Virus record (IMG/VR): IMGVR_UViG_3300036958_000855
Coordinates: 19,652 to 83,651 of that record
Reading direction: 5' to 3' (one strand)
Length of the DNA: 64,000 nucleotides
Origin: a virus
Taxonomy: Duplodnaviria > Caudoviricetes
Position 1 is the stretch's first letter, and every line of letters starts with the position of its first letter. The notes below the pieces were generated by a model. It worked only from the letters and a program-made list of their open reading frames with translations, had not been told where the DNA came from and searched no databases. The position numbers were made by a program, and so were the translations under genes. Positions 45,356-53,630 of this stretch are shown piece after piece.

Positions 45356-46198
45356 TTACCCTCCGGGTAGCGTCTTGCGCTTGCCGAGCACCCAGTCGAG
45401 CACGGCGCGCACGGGCGCTTCGACTTGCGGGTCAATGCTGTCACGCGCCGCAGCCACCTCCTTGGCGCCACGGCACCGCATGGCAGGTGGCGCCCGCAAC
45501 CGCCCGCGCTTGCCGCGGGCTTGCGCTGCTTGCTCGCGCGCAGCGGCGCCGCGCATCTGGCCTGACGCACGCATCTCTTCGAGCTTCTGCGTCTGCTCCT
45601 CGGTCGGGAGCGCGCTCAGAGTGCGCGCCACCGTGAGCGGCAAGTCGCCCATCTCTACTGCGCGCTGCACCGGGCGCGCGCACTGGAGGAGAGCAACAAG
45701 GTTGCGAATGCCACGGCTGTCCGTACCGAACACGACCTCAGCATCCTTCTCGCTGTACCCCATGTCGAGGTAGCGCTTGAGCTTGCGCGCGTTGCTCATC
45801 GCGTCGGTGGCGACGCGCAGTTCGTTCGTTGCCACCATCGCGCCGAATGCGTCGCCCTCATCGCCGCGACGGATGACCGCGGGCACAAGCACGGGCGGGT
45901 CGCCGTTGGCCTTGCGCGCGTTCACCGCTCTGGCAGCGCGCACGCGCTGTCGCCCATCCACGACTTCTATGATGGGCGTCCCGTCCTCTGCCTCTCCGTT
46001 GCGCCGCACGACCACTGGCTCCAACACGCCTTGCGCCGCGATGCTCCGCACGAGCGGCTCGGACACTGGCATGTTCACCCGGTCGTCGTAGAGCGGATGC
46101 GCCTTGTCCTCTACAAGCACCAGCTTGTCGGGGTCGAACAGCAGAAGCTCGCCGCGCTTCACCGCGTTGAACCGCTTCTCTGCAAAGTTGTCAGCCAT
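45356..46198 (-). CDS. ParB/Srx-family protein
   Basis: LVRSIAAQGVLEPVVVR...EVVDGRQRVRAA...ATNELR, followed by an HTH. Confidence 0.85.
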   Translation of the reverse strand: MADNFAEKRFNAVKRGELLLFDPDKLVLVEDKAHPLYDDRVNMPVSEPLVRSIAAQGVLEPVVVRRNGEAEDGTPIIEVVDGRQRVRAARAVNARKANGDPPVLVPAVIRRGDEGDAFGAMVATNELRVATDAMSNARKLKRYLDMGYSEKDAEVVFGTDSRGIRNLVALLQCARPVQRAVEMGDLPLTVARTLSALPTEEQTQKLEEMRASGQMRGAAAREQAAQARGKRGRLRAPPAMRCRGAKEVAAARDSIDPQVEAPVRAVLDWVLGKRKTLPGG

Positions 46199-46403
46199 CG
46201 TTCACGTCTCCCTTCGCGCGTACTCCCTTGTGCACGCGCCGCTTCTTCCATGCGCCCAACACAGCGCTCGCTCGTTCGATATCTCCAACACGTTCGGCGT
46301 GCAGTGCCTCTGTCGGCAGCACGTAGCACTCATGCTCGACGGGCTTGCCGTCGAGCAGACGGTGCCCTTGGTTGCAGAATGACGTACAGAACACCTTGCT
46401 CAC
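46191..46403 (-). CDS. Hypothetical protein (70 aa)
   Basis: Packed ORF. Confidence 0.5.
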   Translation of the reverse strand: MSKVFCTSFCNQGHRLLDGKPVEHECYVLPTEALHAERVGDIERASAVLGAWKKRRVHKGVRAKGDVNDG

Positions 46404-46576
46404 CAGTTCCCCACTCCTTTCGCGTTCTCAGTCAGCCAGCGGTTCCCAGCGCAGTACGCACGCACCGCGGCACGCGGGCTTCCGCCAGACCTCCGCACCT
46501 TCACGTAGCGCTTGTCGCGCTCCGCGAGCCCATCGTCATCCGGCTTCTTCTTCTCGTCCTTGTTGTCGTCCTTCAT
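46400..46576 (-). CDS. Hypothetical protein
   Basis: ATGA-coupled, GGAGG RBS. Confidence 0.5.
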   Translation of the reverse strand: MKDDNKDEKKKPDDDGLAERDKRYVKVRRSGGSPRAAVRAYCAGNRWLTENAKGVGNW

Positions 46577-47337
46577 TGCTCCTCCCATGGCATGCGAATC
46601 GGTACGTCGCTACGCAGCTCCACGAGCATCCTGCTCAACCGAGCTTGCCCAATGCCATTGACGAACTTCCGCTCCGCAGCGCTCACGCGCTCCCCAACGC
46701 GCACGCGCAACTCCAACGCCTCGTACGCGCCTTCGAGCGTACCGTGCGCGTTGAGCAGCTCCGCGGCTGCTTTCGGTCCGAGCCCGCGCACACCAGGCAC
46801 GCCGTCGCAAGCGTCACCAGCAATGGCGAGGAAGTCTCCAACCTGTGCGCACTCCACGCCGAATCGCTCTCGCACGTGCTCGGGCGTCACGAAGTCGTGC
46901 CCGTCATGCAGGTGCACGTCCGGTCCGATGAGCTGCGCCATGTCCTTGTCGGTGCTGAACACCACAACGCCGAGCCCGGCTTCGACCACGCGCCGGGAGA
47001 CAGTCGCCACGATGTCATCCGCTTCGTACCGTGGCGCCCGCAAGACTGTCGCGAAGCGCTCCGTTCGCTCGCACAACTCGCGATGCTGCTCCTCCAGCGC
47101 AACCTGCTCATCCTCCGGTCTGTTCGGTCGATGCCCCTTGTATTCTGCGAACAGCTCGTGGCGCCACGTCGATGTCCGCGGTGTGTCCGCGCACAGCACG
47201 ACACGCACCGCATCCTCAGCATGACGTGCGATGACCTTCGCGAAGCGCACGCCAGCGTACGCAGCTCCCCCAGGCGTGTAGAAGAACCGGCAAAGCATGC
47301 CCAAGTCCCAGACGTGCACGACGTGGCTCGTCACCAT
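46573..47337 (-). CDS. 5'-3' exonuclease / flap endonuclease (Pol I N-domain-like)
   Basis: WRHELFAEYKGHR, YEADDIVAT, STDKDMAQL, GDACDGVPGVRGLGPKAA. Confidence 0.92.
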   Translation of the reverse strand: MVTSHVVHVWDLGMLCRFFYTPGGAAYAGVRFAKVIARHAEDAVRVVLCADTPRTSTWRHELFAEYKGHRPNRPEDEQVALEEQHRELCERTERFATVLRAPRYEADDIVATVSRRVVEAGLGVVVFSTDKDMAQLIGPDVHLHDGHDFVTPEHVRERFGVECAQVGDFLAIAGDACDGVPGVRGLGPKAAAELLNAHGTLEGAYEALELRVRVGERVSAAERKFVNGIGQARLSRMLVELRSDVPIRMPWEEQ

Positions 47338-47513
47338 GAGCGCCTCATCTCCTCGTGCGCGGCTTCGCGCACCTCGTCGTGCAACTTCCGGTATTCATCC
47401 GGCGCACGGCACCACGCTGTCGTGATGATGTCGCCTTCCTCATCAGAGAGCTTCCCGCCACGAACCGACTTCTCCATGATGGCGCGCACGCGGTCCCAAT
47501 CGATGGTCTTCAT
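47331..47513 (-). CDS. Hypothetical protein
   Basis: Start MKTIDW, ATGA-coupled. Confidence 0.5.
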   Translation of the reverse strand: MKTIDWDRVRAIMEKSVRGGKLSDEEGDIITTAWCRAPDEYRKLHDEVREAAHEEMRRSW

Positions 47514-47722
47514 CGCCGCTCCGTGTGCGCGGTGTCTGGAGGCATGCACAGCGCAAGCGTGCGCCCGTTATCCCACCGAACTCCGACGTGCCAGCAGTTG
47601 AGTACGGGTTCGACCCAGAGCACGACCCCGCGCTCACCACGGCGCACGGGGTCCGGGTCGTCTGGCATCGCGTCGAGCACAATGCGGTCGCCTTCATCGA
47701 ACGGAGGGCGCGTCACGTCCAT
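47510..47722 (-). CDS. DUF4314-like small protein
   Basis: GDRIVLDAMPDDPDPV...G.V..V...V.WDNGRTL. Confidence 0.7.
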   Translation of the reverse strand: MDVTRPPFDEGDRIVLDAMPDDPDPVRRGERGVVLWVEPVLNCWHVGVRWDNGRTLALCMPPDTAHTERR

Positions 47723-47922
47723 ACCTCGTGGATTGCAGGGTCGTCGTTTGGGGACCGCTCGATGCGCACCATGCTTCTCGGGATGAGCGCACGCGCCTCT
47801 TCGAGAGTGTCGAGCACGTAGCAGCGCGCATCTGGCGTTGGACTCGGCAACACTTGCCAGCGCCGCAGCACCCACTTCAGCGGATGGTCCTCTGGGTTCC
47901 AGTACACCACGTACATGAACAT
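47713..47922 (-). CDS. Small phage protein
   Basis: YVVYWNPEDHP...LEEARALIP...RSPNDDPAIHEVW. Confidence 0.65.
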   Translation of the reverse strand: MFMYVVYWNPEDHPLKWVLRRWQVLPSPTPDARCYVLDTLEEARALIPRSMVRIERSPNDDPAIHEVWT

Positions 47923-48551
47923 CACGGACGCCTCCTTGCCGCTCGCTCCACGCCTACGAGGTCGGGAGCGCGGCTTGCGACCCAGTCGTACAAGTCCTGT
48001 CCGTCGCACCCGAGACGCAACGCGGCGAGCAACTTGCGGCGGAAGTCCTCGTCGTCGGCGCAGCGCGAAAGCGTGCGAGGCCAGTCGATGCGCTGCCCAT
48101 CCTTGGCGCGTTGCTTCCGCACCGCGTGCCCGGCTTGCAGCAGCAGTCCAACCCACTCTGGCGCCACAACCACCGCCCATGGCAGCACGTCATCAACCTC
48201 GCACACCAGTTGAACCCATGGCGCGCGCGTTCGTGCGAGGTACGTGGCGATGTCGAGCACGCCAACCGCAAGAGCGCTGCGCTCGAAGCCGACGACTTGC
48301 CCGCCTACGCGGTTCGAGTCCTCGATGAGCACGACGCCTCCGACCGGATTACGAAGCACCGGCTTCCGCACGCGACGCCCGCACTCGCCACACAGGTGCA
48401 CGGACCATGATGCGCCGCGACTCCTCCGTGAGCACCGCGCGCAACCAAGCGCAGCGGCAAGCTCCGCCGCTTCTCCACGCTGTTCTTCTGCTGCCCGCGA
48501 CCGCAGGCGCGGGCGATGGTCGTCACGCATGGCAGCAGACTTGCGCGCCAC
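47922..48551 (-). CDS. Hypothetical protein (start uncertain)
   Basis: CARC...CGEC segment; N-terminal third looks shadow-like. Confidence 0.4.
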   Translation of the reverse strand: MARKSAAMRDDHRPRLRSRAAEEQRGEAAELAAALGCARCSRRSRGASWSVHLCGECGRRVRKPVLRNPVGGVVLIEDSNRVGGQVVGFERSALAVGVLDIATYLARTRAPWVQLVCEVDDVLPWAVVVAPEWVGLLLQAGHAVRKQRAKDGQRIDWPRTLSRCADDEDFRRKLLAALRLGCDGQDLYDWVASRAPDLVGVERAARRRP

Positions 48552-48559
48552 GACGCCGA

Positions 48560-49903
48560 TTATCCGACTATGCCGAGCAAACCAACATCGACAGCAGCGA
48601 GAAGCCCCTCGCGCTCATCGTCACTCATGCTCACCACCACGGATGGGTGTGCGGCATCTGGGTATTCGATGAAGCCGAGCAGGCGCGGGTTGTCGAGCCG
48701 ATGCTCCGCCTCGCGAACGCAGTCGCCCGCCTCGTTCCCGCCGATTGCCTTGTAGGTTCCGTCGTCGCGCCACTCCGACACGCGGTTCACGTGGCGCCAC
48801 CACGACGTGTCTGGCTTCGCTGGGTCGCTGCGGTCATAGATGGCAAGGTCGCCAACCTCCGGACGCCACGAACCAGAGCGTGCAAGCGCGACCGGGCGCC
48901 ACGTCTTCGTATCCGCTGCGTCAGCGACCAACTCCACGACCGCAGCACGGTAGCCGTGCGGGCGCTCCTCGTCGCGCTCAGCGCAAGCAGCGAGCGCTGC
49001 GCACGCGAACGCCGAGCACCAGTTGCTCGCTTTCAGGTTGAGGTGCATCCCGGTATCGCGGCGAATGCACGGCGCCAGGTACGACCGCACCTCTGGCCCT
49101 GTGTTGCTCCCCAGCGGTTGCTCTCGCACGCCGAGCCGTGCACGCGACCAGTTCACACAGCGTTGGCCTAATGACTGACGCTCTCCGTCAAGCACCATCA
49201 CGGCGCCGTCATCATCCGCGTGCGCAACGGCTGGCCCAATCTCCGTCCACACCCATCGAAGCATCGCCGGGAGGATGTCGCGTGCTTGCCGCACGTGCGC
49301 GTCCTTGTCGTTCCCACCACACGACCAAACGCACGCGCCTCCGCGCTCTTGTCGGACTGGCTCCAGCACCCGCGAAGGCAACGGAAGGTCCATCCCCGTT
49401 ACGCGCTTGAGCACGCTGTGTGTCGATGCGTACGGACCTTGCGGTGGCTTGAGCTTCTCGACGTAGGTGAGGCCAGAATGCGACGCCGCGAATGCGTATC
49501 GTCCTGGATTCTCCGCCGCACGCTCGAACGCAGCGCGCCACGGCGCCACGGATGCCTCGTCGATAGGCCACCCAGCGTGCGTCCCGTCGCACGCCACCAC
49601 GGCGTAAGGCACTTCCCCGGCGCGCAAGTGCGCGCGCACGCCCTGACAGCCCTCGCTGAATCCAGCAAGCACCACGCGCCCAATACGGCAATCTCCGACC
49701 TGCGCAGCGACTTGCGCGACGAGTGCCTCGTGCATCTGCACCGTCTTGTACGCACCAACCATCGGCGGGTGTGTGATGTTGAGCACGAGCACATCCCCAC
49801 CAACCGCTTGCATGATTGCCGTGTCGAGCGAGGAGGAGAGGTGATAGACGACGAGCAGATGCCGCGTCTGGCCGAGCCCTGGCTGCACGACGCGGACGGT
49901 CAC
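48560..49903 (-). CDS. Alpha/beta-hydrolase plus CHAP amidase/peptidase fusion
   Basis: N-half VVLAGFSEG (GxSxG)...ACDG...DAH; C-half GVREQPLGSNTGPEV...NWCSAF...GDLAIY...RHVNRV...GGNE; GTG start coupled to the upstream stop. Confidence 0.75.
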   Translation of the reverse strand: MTVRVVQPGLGQTRHLLVVYHLSSSLDTAIMQAVGGDVLVLNITHPPMVGAYKTVQMHEALVAQVAAQVGDCRIGRVVLAGFSEGCQGVRAHLRAGEVPYAVVACDGTHAGWPIDEASVAPWRAAFERAAENPGRYAFAASHSGLTYVEKLKPPQGPYASTHSVLKRVTGMDLPLPSRVLEPVRQERGGACVWSCGGNDKDAHVRQARDILPAMLRWVWTEIGPAVAHADDDGAVMVLDGERQSLGQRCVNWSRARLGVREQPLGSNTGPEVRSYLAPCIRRDTGMHLNLKASNWCSAFACAALAACAERDEERPHGYRAAVVELVADAADTKTWRPVALARSGSWRPEVGDLAIYDRSDPAKPDTSWWRHVNRVSEWRDDGTYKAIGGNEAGDCVREAEHRLDNPRLLGFIEYPDAAHPSVVVSMSDDEREGLLAAVDVGLLGIVG

Positions 49904-50238
49904 GGCGCACCCGCCTTCGCCTTGCACTCCGGGCACCCCTTGCCGCTAACGCAATCGAGACAGCCGTGCTTGCGACAATACGGACACTGTGTCGTGCGCT
50001 CCGTGTCGCCGTGACAGAACTGACAGACCAACGGCCAGCCCTCCAACTTCGCCGCGACGCCCGGCATCCGGGACGCGACCGTCTTGGACGCGAGCAAAGC
50101 ATTCTCGCTCACCGGACGGCGCCCAAGCAGCGCCCGCACAAGCTCGTCCACCGACACCTGCCGCGCTTGCGCCTCCGCTTGCAGCACCGACAACAGCCCA
50201 ACGGTCTTCCGCAGAATCACGTGACGCTTCGCGTCCAT
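49900..50238 (-). CDS. Cys-rich zinc-finger protein with RHH-like N-terminus
   Basis: CQFC...CPYC...CLDC...CPEC; GGAGG RBS. Confidence 0.6.
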   Translation of the reverse strand: MDAKRHVILRKTVGLLSVLQAEAQARQVSVDELVRALLGRRPVSENALLASKTVASRMPGVAAKLEGWPLVCQFCHGDTERTTQCPYCRKHGCLDCVSGKGCPECKAKAGAP

Positions 50239-50240
50239 AG

Positions 50241-50993
50241 TCAACCTCCTTGTATTCCGAGCAACTTGTGCGCTTGCGGGCACAACGCCCATTCCGGGTG
50301 TGCCATCACGAAGTCTATCGCACGTTGCAGATGCAGATGCAGCGCGACAAGAGCGAGTTGTTGCGTCTCCTCGTCCGCGTCCTCGCAGTCCACCAGCGCC
50401 GTCTTGCCCGGAGCGTCCCCGAGCAGTACGTCCTGCGGCACGACGTAGAGCGCGCCCCACCTGCCCGAATCGGCAAGCGAGAGCAGTTCATCATCAGCCC
50501 AACCGCCAGTCTGTGACGGTGCGACGCCTGGCAGCACGACGCGCAGCTCGTGCGCGCGCGCCACGGCGAGAGGCACTCCGTGCTTCGGGCTCACGGTCAC
50601 CCAATCCACGTCCCCGAGCAGTGCGCTTTCGATGGTGCCGTTCGTCTCAACCGCCACCATCCAACCAGCAGCATGCAACGCATCAAGCAGCTCGCGGTCA
50701 AGGTGAAGCATCGGCTCCCCTCCCGTGAGCACACACCATCGAGGCGTTGCGCCAGTGCTGGGCCACAGGTCGTCAAGCGCGAGCAGAAGTGCGTCGAGCG
50801 AGAGCACTTGCCCGCGGTGAAAGTCGGCATCGCACCAGAGAGCGCACGGAGCATCAGAACGTGCGCGCGAGAGCGCCGTGCCCTCCCACAGATTGCACCC
50901 AGCGAAGCGCACGAACACGCTGCGTTTCCCGGCGCGACGCCCCTCGCATTGGAGCGAGTTGTAGATGTCCTTGACGGCGTAGCGACTACTCAT
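50241..50993 (-). CDS. queE: QueE-like radical SAM enzyme (divergent)
   Basis: YAVKDIYNSLQCEG...VFVRFAGCNLW...C...WCDADF, TGGEP, ETNGT, VTVSPK, QAHK. Confidence 0.8.
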   Translation of the reverse strand: MSSRYAVKDIYNSLQCEGRRAGKRSVFVRFAGCNLWEGTALSRARSDAPCALWCDADFHRGQVLSLDALLLALDDLWPSTGATPRWCVLTGGEPMLHLDRELLDALHAAGWMVAVETNGTIESALLGDVDWVTVSPKHGVPLAVARAHELRVVLPGVAPSQTGGWADDELLSLADSGRWGALYVVPQDVLLGDAPGKTALVDCEDADEETQQLALVALHLHLQRAIDFVMAHPEWALCPQAHKLLGIQGG

Positions 50994-53604
50994 CGACCTC
51001 CTCCAATTCTGGCAAGGACACGTCGATGTTCGACGGGAACTGGAGCGGAATCTGCTGCGGGTCGCCCTTGAAGAACACGAGGACGTTCTGATGCGTCTTG
51101 CCGAGCTTGCGGTAGCGCGGGAACTGGCGCCCAACCCGCACGGGGAGGCTGCCAACAGCCGTCACGAGAATCGCCTCGTTGTAGAAGCGTGCGCCCGCGT
51201 CCTCGAACGCCTCGATGGTGAGCGGGATGAGCCCGCGGTAGAACCCGCCATCTCCGCGCACCTCGCCAACGACGACCACCGCGAAGCGGTTCGGTCGCAG
51301 CCGCGCCACGGCGCGCGCCACGATGTCGCGGTAAACGCGGTTGAACTCCGCGTTCGTCATGTTCGACAAGTCGCGCGGGTCGTCGCTGTAGACCTCCAGG
51401 TCGAAGTAGGGAGGGCACGTGAACACGAGGTCCACCTGTTCTCCGTCCTCCGAGAGCACATCCTTGGAGTCACCAACGAGCCACGTCGGGTCATTCACCG
51501 GAGCGGTTGGAGCGGGATGCCACGTCACCGCCACCGTCTGGCGCAGCCCAACAACCCAGAAACAGTCTCCCGGCTCCAGGAATGGCAGCGCCTTCGCCTC
51601 GTAGTGCGGGTCGAGCACCACGTCGCCAATGCGATTGCTGGGCGCTGCGTCGTGGTAGTCGAGGTCACTTCGCACGAGCGTCACCATGTCCCGCCAGTTT
51701 GCGGGCGCCCATCTGTCGAGCCGCTCCTCCGGGTCGGCACCAACCACGACACCAAGCACCGGCAAGCGCAGGCCAGCATCAACGAGCCCGTGCAAGATGC
51801 CCGCGAGCGACATGCCAGACCCAACCGGAACAACGAGGCGCTTCGCATCGGTCGGCAGATTGCGCGCCTGCGCCCGTGTCGCATCCACCGCGGCTTGGCA
51901 TTCCATGCCGAATGGAATCTCGCGCCACCCAGCCGCGGCTGCGTCCTCCCGTGCGCGGGCGATGATGACGTTGTTGTACCCCGGCGAGTGCTGCACGTGC
52001 TCAGCGCCAGCACCGATTGCTGCGAGCACTTCCGGCGCGGGCTCCCCGCTCGGGGTGTGCACGCGACACGGGATGTTCAGGGCGCGCGCGACGTGCGCGA
52101 CGATGTTCACCTGCGGGCTCGCACGGCTCCCAGCCGTCACGAGCCCCGACGCGCCTTGTGCGAGCCCCCAGCACGTGCGCACCTTGCCACCGCGCACGCC
52201 AGCGACCGAAAACAAGTCGTCGCGCTTGAGCCACAGCTCCCCGACGCGCTGCACAGGCGTCATCGCAACCGGGTCCGCGATGGTCGGCTCTGGCTGCTCC
52301 TGGGATGCGAGCCGCGAGCTGATGTCGCGCCACTGCTCCTCGTTCGCAGCAACCTGCTCTTGCCGCAGGTCGATGCCGGTGTAGTGGAGGCCAAGCGTGG
52401 CTGCCACGACGCCGCGCACGCTCCCACCCGCGAACGGGTCGAGCACCCGCCCACCAGTCGGACAGAACCAGCGGTAGACCAGTTCGCACAACACCGGGTC
52501 GAAGATGCTCGTGCCCGTCCGGTTGACGGTCGTGTCCGCGCCACCGCTGTAGGCGTTGATGGGTGCGCGAATGCTCGTCGTCCTGCCGGGGATGTGCACG
52601 CCACCCGGCTCGGCACGCGCCGGGGAAGGACCGCGCGACACGGCGATGTCCTCACCTGGCTTCGCCCGTTCCATGCGCTCCGCGAGGCTGTTCTTCGACT
52701 TCGCCCAAGCACGCGCCACCTTCTGCCTTGCGGGTGGCTCCAACGACCCGCCCGGCGCGACGCGGCTGCTTGGGGTTGTCACGGCGCCATCCGCGAACAG
52801 ACCCACCTTCGCGCCAGACGGCTCGCGCACCCGTGCGTGCAGGTCGCCGCGGGCGAACTTCCCGTCTGGCCCGATACGGTCGGATGGGAACATGCCACCG
52901 CCCGGCGCTGCGGTTTTGGCGCCGCGGTTGAGGTGGTCTGGAAGGTCGTAAGCGAGGTTCTCGCCTCGCCCAATCTCACTCTGGATGCCCAACGTAAGCC
53001 ACCAGTTCTTGCGCTCGCGCCAATACCCCTGGCGCGCGTCGAGCACGGAGAACGGAGGCACACCGAAGCGCGCCGCAAGCGAGCCCATGTTGATGTTTGG
53101 ACGTTCGTCGTTCCCGCCAAGGTTAGGAGGCGTGAGCGTGCTCGCCAGAAGCCGGTCCAGCTCCTCCTTCGTGATGCCTGTGCCGCGCAAACCGTGCTCG
53201 ACAGACGCGGCGCTCTCAGTCACGCGCCGCATCATCTCCCCAAGCTCGGCCTCATCCCAACCACCCAACTCGACGAGCCGGTTGTCGGCAACGAGGTACG
53301 CTTCCGCCTCTTCCTCGCTTGTGAACTCCACGCCACGGAGGACAGGCACCGCCCAATCCCCATCAACCTCATGAATGCGCTGTGGCGGAGCCATCCCCGC
53401 ATCGCGCCGGGCAAGCAGCGCCTCCAGACGCCCGTGCCCGGCGACCAGCTTGCCAGACGAATCATCCTGAACGAGCGGCGCCACGAAGCCAAAGCGCTCC
53501 AGGCTCTGGTTCAGTTCGGACAGGTTGTGGCGCTTGGGGTTGCGCGGCCACCGACGCACCTGCTCCAGCGGAACGTACTCGATTCGGACTGACTGTGCGG
53601 ACAT
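50986..53604 (-). CDS. ParB-N / DNA amino-methyltransferase with an inserted PLP-dependent (fold type II) domain
   Basis: ParB: RNPKRH...GFVAPL...AGHGRLEA; MTase motif I DPFAGG; PLP: TP...LKRDD...GGKVR, PVGSGMS, LDPHYEAK; MTase catalytic CPPY. Confidence 0.85.
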   Translation of the reverse strand: MSAQSVRIEYVPLEQVRRWPRNPKRHNLSELNQSLERFGFVAPLVQDDSSGKLVAGHGRLEALLARRDAGMAPPQRIHEVDGDWAVPVLRGVEFTSEEEAEAYLVADNRLVELGGWDEAELGEMMRRVTESAASVEHGLRGTGITKEELDRLLASTLTPPNLGGNDERPNINMGSLAARFGVPPFSVLDARQGYWRERKNWWLTLGIQSEIGRGENLAYDLPDHLNRGAKTAAPGGGMFPSDRIGPDGKFARGDLHARVREPSGAKVGLFADGAVTTPSSRVAPGGSLEPPARQKVARAWAKSKNSLAERMERAKPGEDIAVSRGPSPARAEPGGVHIPGRTTSIRAPINAYSGGADTTVNRTGTSIFDPVLCELVYRWFCPTGGRVLDPFAGGSVRGVVAATLGLHYTGIDLRQEQVAANEEQWRDISSRLASQEQPEPTIADPVAMTPVQRVGELWLKRDDLFSVAGVRGGKVRTCWGLAQGASGLVTAGSRASPQVNIVAHVARALNIPCRVHTPSGEPAPEVLAAIGAGAEHVQHSPGYNNVIIARAREDAAAAGWREIPFGMECQAAVDATRAQARNLPTDAKRLVVPVGSGMSLAGILHGLVDAGLRLPVLGVVVGADPEERLDRWAPANWRDMVTLVRSDLDYHDAAPSNRIGDVVLDPHYEAKALPFLEPGDCFWVVGLRQTVAVTWHPAPTAPVNDPTWLVGDSKDVLSEDGEQVDLVFTCPPYFDLEVYSDDPRDLSNMTNAEFNRVYRDIVARAVARLRPNRFAVVVVGEVRGDGGFYRGLIPLTIEAFEDAGARFYNEAILVTAVGSLPVRVGRQFPRYRKLGKTHQNVLVFFKGDPQQIPLQFPSNIDVSLPELEEVDE

Positions 53605-53630
53605 GCGGAGTCTCCTTGCGCGTGACGCGC

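Noticed and set aside
51091-53592. 833-aa plus-strand ORF
   Set aside because: Antisense shadow of the MTase-PLP gene; no recognisable domain
50241-53604. Complete 7-deazaguanine or hmU/thymidine hypermodification pathway
   Set aside because: No folE/queD/queC/dpdA, dUMP hydroxymethylase, hmU kinase or amino-acid:DNA transferase recognised in the window
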